NCBI GenBank assembly: GCA_028866155.1 | Contig: JAGWIT010000001.1 | Coordinates: 165 to 64,164, forward strand | Direction of reading: 5' to 3' | DNA length: 64,000 nucleotides | Source of the DNA: Patescibacteria group bacterium | Lineage (GTDB): Bacteria; Patescibacteriota; Minisyncoccia; Phycocordibacterales; SBAW01 | Shown: one piece after another, positions 9,606 to 21,854 of the stretch | Layout: the number at the start of each line of letters is the position of its first letter | How positions within the stretch are numbered: position 1 is the first letter of the stretch | Translations under genes and position numbers: made by a program | The notes under the pieces: model-generated | Database searches by the model: none | Told to the model about the DNA's origin: nothing | The model's input: only the letters and a program-made list of their open reading frames with translations

Positions 9606-10288
9606 ACGAGTGCGCAGTTCTGCACATACGCAACCTCTTTACGCTTGCCTATATGCGCAAGCACGCGCTCGAGGCGCTCCCAATCGCTGTTTTTTTCTAT
9701 CTCCCACGAATGCCCCCACAGGTGGAAGACGCCGCCGTCTTGTGCAATTTCATCGAACAGTGTCGTGGCGAGCTCATCCCAATTGAGGTATCCGCTCAAA
9801 AATCTTTTGCCCATGTGCCGCGCTACCCCGAGCGCGTCGCTGTAATGCCGGTAGGCATGGATGGTCGTGGGCGCGGCAAACGGGTCGCCGATGCCGCCCT
9901 CGAAGCGCTCAACGGTGCGCGCGAACGTAAATCCGGCATCCTTGACCATTGCCTTGTGCGCTCCGATAAAGGCGCCGCCCGGGTAGCAAAAACTGCTCAC
10001 CGGAGATCCCAGTACATCCTCCAAAAACTTTTTAGAATCGACAATTTCCTGCCGCGCAACCTCGCTCGATACCTCGGTCAAGCGCGGGTGCGTCATGGTG
10101 TGCGCGCCTATCTCAAACGCGTGCGCCAACTCGCGCACTTGAGCGCCGGTGAGCCGCTCATCTGCAGGGATCTCCCGGCATTGCGGCGATATATAAAAGG
10201 TACCGCTCACTGCGTGCTTGCGCAGGAGCTCGGCAACGCGCATATCGAGGGCGTGTCCGTCATCCCAGCTGGTCGTTACGGTCGTCAT
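9602..10288 (-). CDS. Polysaccharide deacetylase (NodB homology, CE4 family)
   Basis: TSWDDG motif (the TFDDG equivalent), His motifs HTMTHP and HLWGHSWE. The stop overlaps the downstream ATG (ATGA at 9602-9605). There is a 1-nt gap to the upstream gene's stop. Confidence 0.7.
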   Translation of the reverse strand: MTTVTTSWDDGHALDMRVAELLRKHAVSGTFYISPQCREIPADERLTGAQVRELAHAFEIGAHTMTHPRLTEVSSEVARQEIVDSKKFLEDVLGSPVSSFCYPGGAFIGAHKAMVKDAGFTFARTVERFEGGIGDPFAAPTTIHAYRHYSDALGVARHMGKRFLSGYLNWDELATTLFDEIAQDGGVFHLWGHSWEIEKNSDWERLERVLAHIGKRKEVAYVQNCALV

Positions 10289-10289
10289 A

Positions 10290-12137
10290 TCAGGCTAATG
10301 CACCCTCGAGGTTCTTGGCGACGGAGCCCCAGTCATACTGCTCGAGCGCGAGATTGGGCGTGAGGATATATTTCCCGCTTTTAATCTGGAGGATCTTTTG
10401 GGCGATGCTGTGTTCGTTCGGCTCGGCAAGAAAACCGTTGACCCCTTCGATAATAAGATCTTGGGCCGCATTGTCCGGATGCGATGTCGTGATAACCGGC
10501 AGGCCCGCGGCAAAGGCCTCTATCGCGACCAGCCCGAACCCTTCGCGTACCGAAGGCAGCACGAGCATGGTCGATGCCTTCATAAGGCTCCAAAGCTCGC
10601 GGTGGGTGCCCGCGCGCGCAAAAGAAACGTGCCGCTCCAAGCCGAGCGAGGATATGAGCTTTTCTATGCTCTGCTTTTGCGGCCCATCGCCCACTATCGT
10701 GCAGGTGATATCCGGCAGGGATTCTTTGACGACGGCAATCGCCTTTACCAACAGGTCGGCATGCTTATGCTCGAGCAGCCTCCCCACAAAAATAACGTCA
10801 CTGCGCTCCTCTCCTGCCTGTGCCGTGTATATATCGTCGAGATCAACGCCGAGCGGCACCGTGTGTATCTCTTTGGTCACGCCGGCGTTGAGGAGGCGGC
10901 GGGTCGTGTGCGCGGAGTTCGATACGATAACATCGGGCGTGCGCAGAGCCAGCCACTCAACAAGCGCGCCGCACCGGCCGACGAGCCCCGGCGCGTACTG
11001 TGCCCAATACTCGCCGCCCCACACCTCGTGCCACGTGCCGTAGAGCTTCTTCCTTTTAATCCACGTCACGATGCGCGCGCTAAAGAGCGGAAAAAACGGC
11101 ATGTGGTCGACATCAAGCACATCGAAGCTCACAAACAGGAGCTTCAGCGTCGCTGCGCCGAACATCAGCGCTTGCCTCAGCGAACGGCGCTCGCCGCTAT
11201 AAAGCGGATAATATCTGCACAGCGCGTGCAACATGACTCCGTCTCGCACAATCGTCTTGGGCCCGTCCCACCACCGCATCGTATAGATGTGCACCTCGCG
11301 TGCGGGGCCGGCCAGCCTTTTTGAAATCTCATAGAGCCTTTTTTCCTTCCCGCCGTTGAAGTACGGCATGACTGAGTCCGACACAAACGCCACGCGCCGC
11401 GGCGCTGCGGGTGCCTCTAACGGCTTCCACCGAATATTGCGCGCGAACATCAGCAGAATGCGGCCGCCGTCGTACAACGGCCGCAGAGACGAGCTCCCCT
11501 TACGCGGCGCGTAGCTTATCGGCACCGAGCAGATATCTTCGCCGAGGCGCGCCATCTTGGTTATCATCTCCATCTCGATGGCAAACCCTTCTGAGGTAAG
11601 GTGCGGACGCAATCGCAGAGCCGCCTCGCGACTCCAGGCAAAGTAACCGGTGAGCACGTCGGTGACGTTGACGCGATAAAAATAGCGCACGAGGTGCGAG
11701 TATATCCAGTTGCCGAGGCGGTTGAGCCACGCCATCGAGCCTTCTTGTATCTTGCCGCCGAGGCGCGAGCCGACCACCACGCTGCTGAACCCGGAGGAAA
11801 GCGGCTCGACCATCCGCACGATCTCGCGCGAGGCATACGTGTCATCGCCGTCGAGCATCACGATATAGTCGCACTCCGGCGGTATCGAGCTCATCGCCCG
11901 CCGTATCGCGTGGCCTTTGCCTTGCCGCGGCTCGTGCACCACCTGCGCGCCGCATTCGCGGGCGATTTGCGCCGTCTTGTCGGTGCTGTTGTTGTCAATC
12001 ACCATAACCGAGAGCTCATACCCGTATTGCTGCAGCTTCTCGCGCGGGAAAGAGCGGATAACGTCGGCGATGCCTTTTTCTTCGTTATAACAAGGGATGA
12101 AGGCGACTATCTTCTCGGTTTTTGGTTTGGAGGCCAT
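10290..12137 (-). CDS. GT2 (Dpm1-like family 2 glycosyltransferase) fused to GT4 glycosyltransferase
   Basis: N-terminal FIPCYNEE...MLDGDD (GT2 DXD) and C-terminal EGFGLVAIEAFAAGLPVI...EGVNGFL (GT4). The true start is taken as ATG 12137 (MASKPKTEK). The upstream 84 codons of the listed ORF are a probable artefact. Confidence 0.65.
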   Translation of the reverse strand: MASKPKTEKIVAFIPCYNEEKGIADVIRSFPREKLQQYGYELSVMVIDNNSTDKTAQIARECGAQVVHEPRQGKGHAIRRAMSSIPPECDYIVMLDGDDTYASREIVRMVEPLSSGFSSVVVGSRLGGKIQEGSMAWLNRLGNWIYSHLVRYFYRVNVTDVLTGYFAWSREAALRLRPHLTSEGFAIEMEMITKMARLGEDICSVPISYAPRKGSSSLRPLYDGGRILLMFARNIRWKPLEAPAAPRRVAFVSDSVMPYFNGGKEKRLYEISKRLAGPAREVHIYTMRWWDGPKTIVRDGVMLHALCRYYPLYSGERRSLRQALMFGAATLKLLFVSFDVLDVDHMPFFPLFSARIVTWIKRKKLYGTWHEVWGGEYWAQYAPGLVGRCGALVEWLALRTPDVIVSNSAHTTRRLLNAGVTKEIHTVPLGVDLDDIYTAQAGEERSDVIFVGRLLEHKHADLLVKAIAVVKESLPDITCTIVGDGPQKQSIEKLISSLGLERHVSFARAGTHRELWSLMKASTMLVLPSVREGFGLVAIEAFAAGLPVITTSHPDNAAQDLIIEGVNGFLAEPNEHSIAQKILQIKSGKYILTPNLALEQYDWGSVAKNLEGALA

Positions 12138-12144
12138 ATCAGAT

Positions 12145-12612
12145 TTAAGACCCGGCGGAAAAATGGATGGAAAGGCCCTGCTCCGGCAGGCCCACGACAA
12201 CCACAGATGCGGCGCGCACGACGGGGAGCGTCTCTTGCATCGAAGCGGAGCCGTTGTCCTCAAGCGAGACTGTGCCCGAGTCGATGATGCGCGAGCCGCC
12301 CTGCGACTCCAGAAGCACCGTATATGGATAATCGACGCGGCGGCCCTCCAGATTGTGTATCGTAAATGAAAACGGCGCCGCACTTTCAAGCGAAGCCTTC
12401 GGCAGTATCCCGGTAAAATACAGCTCGGTGAGCGGCTCGTTTTGCGGGGTCAGGTTGAGCTCTGCGAGCACGCGCTCAACCGGCTGATAGATAAAAAAAA
12501 CCAATGCCGCGGCAAGGCACAGCGCGAGCACTGCAGCGAAAAAAGCATATTGGCGGAGGATAGCCATAGCAGTGAAGCACCAACATCTTACCGAAATGCG
12601 CCGCTCTTTCAA
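12145..12612 (-). CDS. Membrane-anchored hypothetical protein (first gene of the glycan operon)
   Basis: ORF with an N-terminal TM helix. It ends 7 nt before the GT2-GT4 start. The start may be the internal ATG (MAILRQ) at about 12567. Confidence 0.35.
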   Translation of the reverse strand: MKERRISVRCWCFTAMAILRQYAFFAAVLALCLAAALVFFIYQPVERVLAELNLTPQNEPLTELYFTGILPKASLESAAPFSFTIHNLEGRRVDYPYTVLLESQGGSRIIDSGTVSLEDNGSASMQETLPVVRAASVVVVGLPEQGLSIHFSAGS

Positions 12613-12635
12613 GCCTGCGGCTGACAGGACAAAAA

Positions 12636-12644
12636 TGCTATACT
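12636..12644 (+). promoter_or_regulatory. Extended -10 promoter TGcTATACT 6 nt upstream of ATG 12651 (leaderless)
   Basis: TGCTATACT at 12636-12644. Six nt follow, then the ATG. There is no SD. Confidence 0.5.
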
Positions 12645-12650
12645 CACGCT

Positions 12651-13121
12651 ATGAAATCCCGCTGGATCATACTTGCGCTTTTGCTCGCCGTTATCGTCGC
12701 CGGCGCGGCGGCGCTCGTCCTCATCCCCCGCCCGCAAACCGCCGTGGCACCGACGGGGGAAGGAGCCACAACAACTCCTGCCGCAAGCGGCTCATCGCTT
12801 GATGATTTAATAAAGGTCACAACGCCTGCACCTAACGCCTCAGTCGCTTCACCGCTTATGGTCGAAGGACAAGCCCGCGGCAACTGGTTCTTTGAGGCGA
12901 CCGCCCCCATGGCTTTGCTCGACGCAAACGGCAGCGTTATCGCGCAAGGCGCCATTACCGACAGCGGCGACTGGACCAGCGGCGACTTCGGAGCATTTAC
13001 CGGGTCTCTTACCTTTCCCGATCAACCGGCCGGCTCTCAAGGCACGTTGGTGCTCAGCAATGACAACCCCTCGGGCAATCCTGCCACTCAAAAGACACTT
13101 GATATACCGGTAACGTTTTAA
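12651..13121 (+). CDS. Secreted Gmad2-type immunoglobulin-like domain protein
   Basis: Signal peptide, Thr/Ala-rich linker, and a domain with MVEGQARGNWFFEA...ITDSGDWTSGDF that resembles Gmad2 Ig-like domains. Confidence 0.45.
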   Translation: MKSRWIILALLLAVIVAGAAALVLIPRPQTAVAPTGEGATTTPAASGSSLDDLIKVTTPAPNASVASPLMVEGQARGNWFFEATAPMALLDANGSVIAQGAITDSGDWTSGDFGAFTGSLTFPDQPAGSQGTLVLSNDNPSGNPATQKTLDIPVTF

Positions 13122-13130
13122 TTTCTGCGG

Positions 13131-13679
13131 TTAGAGCCCCGAGTGATCGCTGCGGGCTCCGCGGGATTCGCGTTCGAAGGAGTCTAACTTTAGGTTTTCG
13201 GCCTTCCAGCCCACGCCGTTGGCCCAAATTTGGATAAGCGAGCCGGCTCCCGCCAGGGCCAAAAAGAAGATAATAGACCACGCCCACGGATATATAAAGT
13301 AGAAGAACACCACCGCTAAGGCCGACCAGATGCCGATGCACCATGGGCACTGGAGCAGGTCGTAGATGGTATGACGAAAGCCGCTGCCAAAGGGCTGTAT
13401 CTCAACATACGTTGCGCCGCCTTCGGTAAACTCGCGGCTGTAGGCAAACAGCTCGCGAAACCAGCGGGTTATTTTGTCGTACACTATCAAGCGCGTGATG
13501 CGAAAGGTCGCCAGCGCCATGAGCAGCGCGTCAAACGGCGGCACCGACACCAAAAACCCGCCACGCATGAGGTTCATGACGTATAAAGCGGCTACTAATA
13601 CGCACATGAAGAACACGCTAAAAATAAAATTCCATAAATTTTGGTCCTCTTTGTGGCGCTTGTGTATCATAGCCTTCAC
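13131..13679 (-). CDS. DUF1360-family integral membrane protein
   Basis: RITRLIVYDKITRWFR motif and four TM segments, typical of DUF1360. Confidence 0.45.
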   Translation of the reverse strand: MKAMIHKRHKEDQNLWNFIFSVFFMCVLVAALYVMNLMRGGFLVSVPPFDALLMALATFRITRLIVYDKITRWFRELFAYSREFTEGGATYVEIQPFGSGFRHTIYDLLQCPWCIGIWSALAVVFFYFIYPWAWSIIFFLALAGAGSLIQIWANGVGWKAENLKLDSFERESRGARSDHSGL

Positions 13680-13902
13680 TATACCGCAGGTTTTTTCGGT
13701 GGGATGAGATACTCATTTAAGGCTCAAAATCGCTTCTAAAAAAACGCCTTATTTGCAGACTTTTATGAGAAATTGATTGCTAAGTGGCGAAAAACATTTC
13801 CGGCTAACCGTTTGGGGACAAGGTTTTAGAAAAAATGCCCTTAAAGAGGAGTATAATAAAAATTCCGGCTATAAACTATTTTTTATTAGCTAAGAAGCGG
13901 CC

Positions 13903-16968
<3,066 letters not shown>

Positions 16969-17104
16969 TTGGCTTATGGCAAAGAAAAAAGAACCCTCCT
17001 CGGATGATATTGCACGAATTTAAAAAAAATGAATGAGCAACTTAAAACTCTATCTAAAGAATTGAAGCTGTTGGAAAAAAATTTAAAAGAACTAAGGGCA
17101 ATAT

Positions 17105-18109
17105 TTGCTAACTAATATGGGAATCATCAATGGAGGCTCCAATACCGACCCCAACAAAATTTTGCCGATGAAGTATCCTTGGGCCCGCACCCACTACAAA
17201 AAAGGCGTGGCCAACAACTGGGTACCCGAGGAAGTTTCGATGCAGCAGGATGTCGAGTTGTGGAAGAAGCCCGGCGCTTTAAGCGAAGACGAGCGCCGTA
17301 TGATTTTGTGGAACCTCGGGTTCTTCTCGACCGCCGAGTCTTTGACCGCCAACAATTTGGTGCTCGCGATTTACCGCCATATCACCAACCCCGAGGCGCG
17401 CCAATACATTTTGCGCCAGTCATACGAAGAGGCGGTACACACCGACACGTTCATCTACTGCTGTGACACGCTGGGACTCAATCCCGACGAGATTTACAAC
17501 ATGTACCAAACCATCCCCTCGATTAAGGAGAAGGACGAATTCGTCGTAGAGATGACCAGGAGCGTGTTCGACCCCAACTTCAACACCCAGGGCACCGAGA
17601 ACATCCAGCGCTTCGTGCACGACCTCGTGGGCTACTACGTCATCATGGAGGGCATCTTCTTTTATGCCGGCTTCGCGATGACGCTTTCGATGCTGCGCAA
17701 AAACCGGATGGTCGGCGTTGGCGAGCAGTTCCAGTTTATTTTGCGCGACGAGTCGGTGCACCTGGCCTTCGGCGCCGACCTCATCAACACTATCGTGCAG
17801 GAGAACCCGGCAATATGGACGCCGGAGTTCAAGCAGACGCTGACCAAAAACATCATGCGCGGCGTTGAACTCGAGAAAAAATATGCCGATGACGCGCTCC
17901 CGCGCGGGATAGTGGGGCTAACCCCCTCAACGGTGAAGCAGTATGTCGAGCATGTCGCCGACCGTCGCCTCGAGCGCATAGGCCTTGAGCGCCAATATCA
18001 CAAAGACAACCCGTTCCCCTGGCTCTCGGAGGTGATGGACATGCCGAAGGAAAAGAACTTTTTTGAAACCCGCGTGACCGAATACAAAACCGGCGAGCTG
18101 GATTGGTAA
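17105..18109 (+). CDS. nrdB: Ribonucleoside-diphosphate reductase beta subunit, class I
   Basis: Ferritin-like R2 fold with di-iron ligand motifs (EEAVHTD..., ESVHLAF). Confidence 0.8.
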   Translation: MLTNMGIINGGSNTDPNKILPMKYPWARTHYKKGVANNWVPEEVSMQQDVELWKKPGALSEDERRMILWNLGFFSTAESLTANNLVLAIYRHITNPEARQYILRQSYEEAVHTDTFIYCCDTLGLNPDEIYNMYQTIPSIKEKDEFVVEMTRSVFDPNFNTQGTENIQRFVHDLVGYYVIMEGIFFYAGFAMTLSMLRKNRMVGVGEQFQFILRDESVHLAFGADLINTIVQENPAIWTPEFKQTLTKNIMRGVELEKKYADDALPRGIVGLTPSTVKQYVEHVADRRLERIGLERQYHKDNPFPWLSEVMDMPKEKNFFETRVTEYKTGELDW

Positions 18110-18125
18110 AAAAAGAAAGCGCGGT

Positions 18126-18344
18126 TTAAGAAGCCGCGCCAGTAAACAACTGGTCAAGTGCGGCTCGGGCATCTTCGCCCTCTGCCCTGATCGTGATTTT
18201 GAGCACCTGATTAGCATAGAGCAGCCGCTTTTTCATCCCCGAGTCGAACGGGGCTTTGGCGACCGCCACTTCAGTGATCATCTCCCAATAGTCTTTGTTG
18301 CCGTGGTCATCGCTGAGCCCCGGCACGATATAACGCGTGGCCAT
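18126..18344 (-). CDS. Small hypothetical protein (72 aa)
   Basis: ORF only. No recognisable motif. Confidence 0.25.
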   Translation of the reverse strand: MATRYIVPGLSDDHGNKDYWEMITEVAVAKAPFDSGMKKRLLYANQVLKITIRAEGEDARAALDQLFTGAAS

Positions 18345-18414
18345 GGGTTGCTACTCCTTCGAACGAAGACCGTATATCCGCACCATAGCGTATAACCCCG
18401 GTAGTTGCAAGAAA

Positions 18415-19209
18415 TTATCTAAGAGACTTATCAATCTCATACTCCCCCACTTTGGTGCGCAGGATATGGAGCGCGAGCGCGGGGACGCCGAGCTCTTGAC
18501 CCAGTTTGTGGGCTATTGAACGCGCGTAGGTGCCGGAGGAGCACTCTATTTTTATTGTCGCACAGGGAAACTCGCGCTCGCCGCTTTGTTGCAGATTGCG
18601 CTTCCAGAGCCGCGTTATTTCTTCCTGCCGGAAGTCGCCGTTGACCTTCTCGATGCTCGTTTCGATATAGGAGAGCAGCGCCGGCTCTTTGACCTTGTAG
18701 ATCCCGACCAGGTCGATGTGGTAGATATTGACCATGCGGCTGGGCAATATGATAGAGCTCAGCGCATTGCCGCGCGCCCACTCAAACAGCGATTTGCCTT
18801 CGACCGTTTTACTCGAGTACGGCGGATACTCCTGAGCTACCGCTCCGCGAAATTCATTCAAACCTTTTTCAATTTCCCTGCGAGTGAGGCCGCTGCAATC
18901 GCCCGTCTCTATGACGCGCCCGAGGATGTCATAGGTGTCGGTGGCAAAGCCGAACAGCACGTCGAGCGTATACTCCTTGCCGAGATCCAAATACTGCTCG
19001 CGGCGGCGGTTGGCCGAGCCCACGAGGCACAGCATGACCCCCTCGGCCATGGGGTCCAGCCGGCCCGCGTAGGAGAGCACCTCGTGGGCATAGTGGGGCT
19101 TCTGCGCACGCAGGCGCTCGAGGCGCTCGCGGGGGGTTTCGCCCAGGTTTTTGTATACATTGAGGACCGCTCCAGCCTTGTTCAGATCAGCATTATTCAT
19201 CTGCGGCAT
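18415..19209 (-). CDS. truB: tRNA pseudouridine(55) synthase
   Basis: GRLDPMAEGV catalytic Asp motif and the TruB family pattern. The start is taken at ATG 19209 (MPQMNN). The listed longer ORF would overlap the hisS start. Confidence 0.75.
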   Translation of the reverse strand: MPQMNNADLNKAGAVLNVYKNLGETPRERLERLRAQKPHYAHEVLSYAGRLDPMAEGVMLCLVGSANRRREQYLDLGKEYTLDVLFGFATDTYDILGRVIETGDCSGLTRREIEKGLNEFRGAVAQEYPPYSSKTVEGKSLFEWARGNALSSIILPSRMVNIYHIDLVGIYKVKEPALLSYIETSIEKVNGDFRQEEITRLWKRNLQQSGEREFPCATIKIECSSGTYARSIAHKLGQELGVPALALHILRTKVGEYEIDKSLR

Positions 19210-19231
19210 TTCTGCTACACTGTACACTACA

Positions 19232-20482
19232 ATGACAAAAAAGGATAAATTATCGGTCGAGCCGTACAAAGGCGTGCGCGATTTCTATCCCGAGGAGCAG
19301 GCATTTCTCAACTACTTCATTGCCACGTGCCGCGAATTCGTCGAGAAGGTCGGTTATGTCGAATATGATGCTTCGCCGCTTGAACCCTCGGAGCTCTATA
19401 AAGCCAAGGGCGCCGAAAATGAGGAGATGGTCAATGAGCAAACCTACACCTTTGTCGACCGCGGCGGGCGCGAGGTGACGCTCCGGCCCGAAATGACGCC
19501 GACGGTGGCGCGCATGGTGGCGGGCAAGCGCCGCGAGCTTGGCTTCCCTTTGCGGTGGTATTCACTGCCCAATTGTTTTAGATACGAGCGGCCCCAGCGC
19601 GGTCGTCTGCGCGAATTTTGGCAACTCAACGTCGATCTCTTCGGCTCGCATTCCCCGTATGCCGATGCTGAAATTATCGCCATGGCGTATGGTCTGATGA
19701 AGGCATTTGGGGCGGAGGATGACGACTTTGTAATAAAAGTGAATAGCCGCGCATATCTTAATAAGTTGACAGAAAAACTTTCTGATGAAGCCCGTAAAAA
19801 ACTTTTTAATTTACTTGACCGCAAAACCAAGATGCCAAGCGACGAGTTTGAAGCGGGTTTGCGTGAACTTGCTATTTCTCCAGAAAGATTTATGAGCGCT
19901 GAAGGACCAGCTGAGATTGAAAAAATGATTAGAGAATTTAGTGACGCTGGTATTAAAAATATTATCTACGATCCCTCAATCGTGCGGGGCTTTGCCTATT
20001 ACACCGGCATGGTGTTCGAGGTGTTCGACACCCACCCCGACAACAATCGCGCGCTCTTCGGCGGCGGGCGCTACGACAATTTAACCGCGATGTTCGACGA
20101 CGAGCCGGTGGCGGGTGTGGGGTTTGGCATGGGCGACGTCACCATCCGCGACTTCTTGGCAGTGCGCAATTTGTTGCCCGTCTACGCGCCGCCCACGCAC
20201 GTTTATATAGCTATACCGTCGTCCGAATTGGCCCTCCAGGCGCAAACCTTCGCGGGGAGCCTGCGCCAGCAAGGCGTCAACGTCGCGGTGGACTTTGGCG
20301 AGAAGAAGCTCGGCGACCAGATCAAGACGGCTGCCAAGCACAACATACCGTTCGTTATCGTGCTCGGGCAAGACGAGCTCGCCTCGGGACAATACACCGT
20401 TCGAGATCTTGAAACCGGCAGTGAAAAAAAGCTGGATAAGGGTCAGTTGTCCGAATTCTTCTTAAATATTGAACGCAAATAA
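19232..20482 (+). CDS. hisS: Histidyl-tRNA synthetase
   Basis: Class II aaRS motifs (FRYERPQRGRLREF, GGGRYD) and a C-terminal anticodon-binding domain. The start is ATG 19232 (MTKKDKLS). Confidence 0.85.
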   Translation: MTKKDKLSVEPYKGVRDFYPEEQAFLNYFIATCREFVEKVGYVEYDASPLEPSELYKAKGAENEEMVNEQTYTFVDRGGREVTLRPEMTPTVARMVAGKRRELGFPLRWYSLPNCFRYERPQRGRLREFWQLNVDLFGSHSPYADAEIIAMAYGLMKAFGAEDDDFVIKVNSRAYLNKLTEKLSDEARKKLFNLLDRKTKMPSDEFEAGLRELAISPERFMSAEGPAEIEKMIREFSDAGIKNIIYDPSIVRGFAYYTGMVFEVFDTHPDNNRALFGGGRYDNLTAMFDDEPVAGVGFGMGDVTIRDFLAVRNLLPVYAPPTHVYIAIPSSELALQAQTFAGSLRQQGVNVAVDFGEKKLGDQIKTAAKHNIPFVIVLGQDELASGQYTVRDLETGSEKKLDKGQLSEFFLNIERK

Positions 20483-20488
20483 ATCGGT

Positions 20489-21064
20489 ATGAAAGTACTT
20501 ACCTTCGACATCGAAACGACGGGCGAATTTTTAGGCAACGGCGACTTTTCAAATCAAGAGGTCACGGTTGTCGGCGTACACGACTCTGAGACCAGCGAAT
20601 TTTCATCATATCTCAAAGAAGAGTTGCACAAGATGTGGCCCCTGTTCGAGCGGGCCGACATCATCGTCGGGTACAACAGCGACCACTTCGATATCCCCAT
20701 CCTCAACAAATACTATGCGGGCGACCTCGGCAAAATTAAAAGCGTCGACTTGCTCAAAGAGATTAAGAACGTGCTCGGCAGGCGGCTGAAGCTCGATAAC
20801 CTGGCCGAAGCGACGCTCGGCAAAAAAAAGAGCGGCAACGGCCTCGAGGCCGTCAAATGGTGGGCCGAGGGCAAAGTTGAGCAGGTGCGCGCCTACTGCA
20901 TAGACGACGTGCGAATCACGCGGGAACTATATGACTACGCCAAAAAGCACGGCAGTCTCAAATATAAAGACTATGACGGTAAGCGAGAAATAAAGCTCGA
21001 CACCAGCCAGTGGGAGATTCTTCCGGCCAATGGCGGAGCTCTTACACACACCTTGCCCTTTTAA
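20489..21064 (+). CDS. Predicted DEDD-type 3'-5' exonuclease (RNase H-like, PolB-exonuclease-related)
   Basis: Exo I FDIETTG, Exo II YNSDHFDIPIL and Exo III YCIDDV motifs. Confidence 0.55.
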   Translation: MKVLTFDIETTGEFLGNGDFSNQEVTVVGVHDSETSEFSSYLKEELHKMWPLFERADIIVGYNSDHFDIPILNKYYAGDLGKIKSVDLLKEIKNVLGRRLKLDNLAEATLGKKKSGNGLEAVKWWAEGKVEQVRAYCIDDVRITRELYDYAKKHGSLKYKDYDGKREIKLDTSQWEILPANGGALTHTLPF

Positions 21065-21075
21065 TAGTAGCTTTG

Positions 21076-21081
21076 TAGAAT
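21076..21081 (+). promoter_or_regulatory. -10 hexamer TAGAAT 6 nt upstream of ATG 21088 (leaderless)
   Basis: TAGAAT at 21076-21081. No SD. Confidence 0.4.
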
Positions 21082-21087
21082 TAGCTT

Positions 21088-21849
21088 ATGAAATCACAAT
21101 ATATTTTGCCTATTACTATTGTTGTCGCGGGTTTGCTCATTGCCGGTGCGGTTTTTTGGGTCGGTAAAAGCGGGACTATAGCGCCCAATACCACCAACGG
21201 CCAGCAACAAAATATCACCTTCCCTCCGGTGACCTCGGCCGACCACATCCTTGGCAACCCCAATGCACCGGTTAAAGTTATAGAGTACGCCGACCTTGAG
21301 TGCCCATACTGCAAGGTATTCGAAACGACGATGCATCAGGTGATGGACTACTACGGCCAGTCGGGGCGGGTGGCATGGGTGTACCGTCCGTTCCCGCTCG
21401 CGCAAATCCACTCCAAAGCTCCGCAGGAAGCCGAGGCGGCCGAGTGTGCGGCCGACCAGGGCGGCAGTACGGCGTTCTTCAACTACATCGACAAGCTGTA
21501 TGCGATCACGCCGTCGGAGAACGGGCTTGATTTGGCGCAGCTGCCAGTCATTGCCGGGGACGTCGGGCTCAATGTCACCCAGTTCAACACGTGCCTTAGC
21601 TCAGGCAAATATGCCTCGAAGGTCCAGCAAAGCTACAATGACGCCATCGCCGCAGGCGGCACCGGCACACCGTACATCCTCATCACGGTGCAGGGCTCAA
21701 AAGACGCGGTGCCGCTCGAGGGCGCCCAGCCCTACGACAGCATGCGTGCGGCAATAGACGCGGTGCTCTCGACCATTCCCGGCGGCTCGGCCACCACCGC
21801 AAGCAGCACACCGGCGGCTACTCCAACCGCCCCCGCAGCCACTCAGTAA
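21088..21849 (+). CDS. DsbA-family thiol:disulfide oxidoreductase (membrane-anchored, extracytoplasmic)
   Basis: N-terminal TM helix, thioredoxin-fold CPYC active site (EYADLECPYCKVF), and a Thr/Ala/Pro-rich C-terminal tail. Confidence 0.75.
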   Translation: MKSQYILPITIVVAGLLIAGAVFWVGKSGTIAPNTTNGQQQNITFPPVTSADHILGNPNAPVKVIEYADLECPYCKVFETTMHQVMDYYGQSGRVAWVYRPFPLAQIHSKAPQEAEAAECAADQGGSTAFFNYIDKLYAITPSENGLDLAQLPVIAGDVGLNVTQFNTCLSSGKYASKVQQSYNDAIAAGGTGTPYILITVQGSKDAVPLEGAQPYDSMRAAIDAVLSTIPGGSATTASSTPAATPTAPAATQ

Positions 21850-21854
21850 AAATC

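Noticed and set aside
10398-12287. 308-aa and 228-aa plus-strand ORFs
   Set aside because: Antisense to the GT2-GT4 fusion gene. They have Arg/His-rich composition and no motifs.
13680-13902. NrdR boxes or B12 riboswitch upstream of nrdA
   Set aside because: No tandem NrdR-box palindromes and no cobalamin-riboswitch core motifs. Only an AT-rich promoter region with TATAAT is present.
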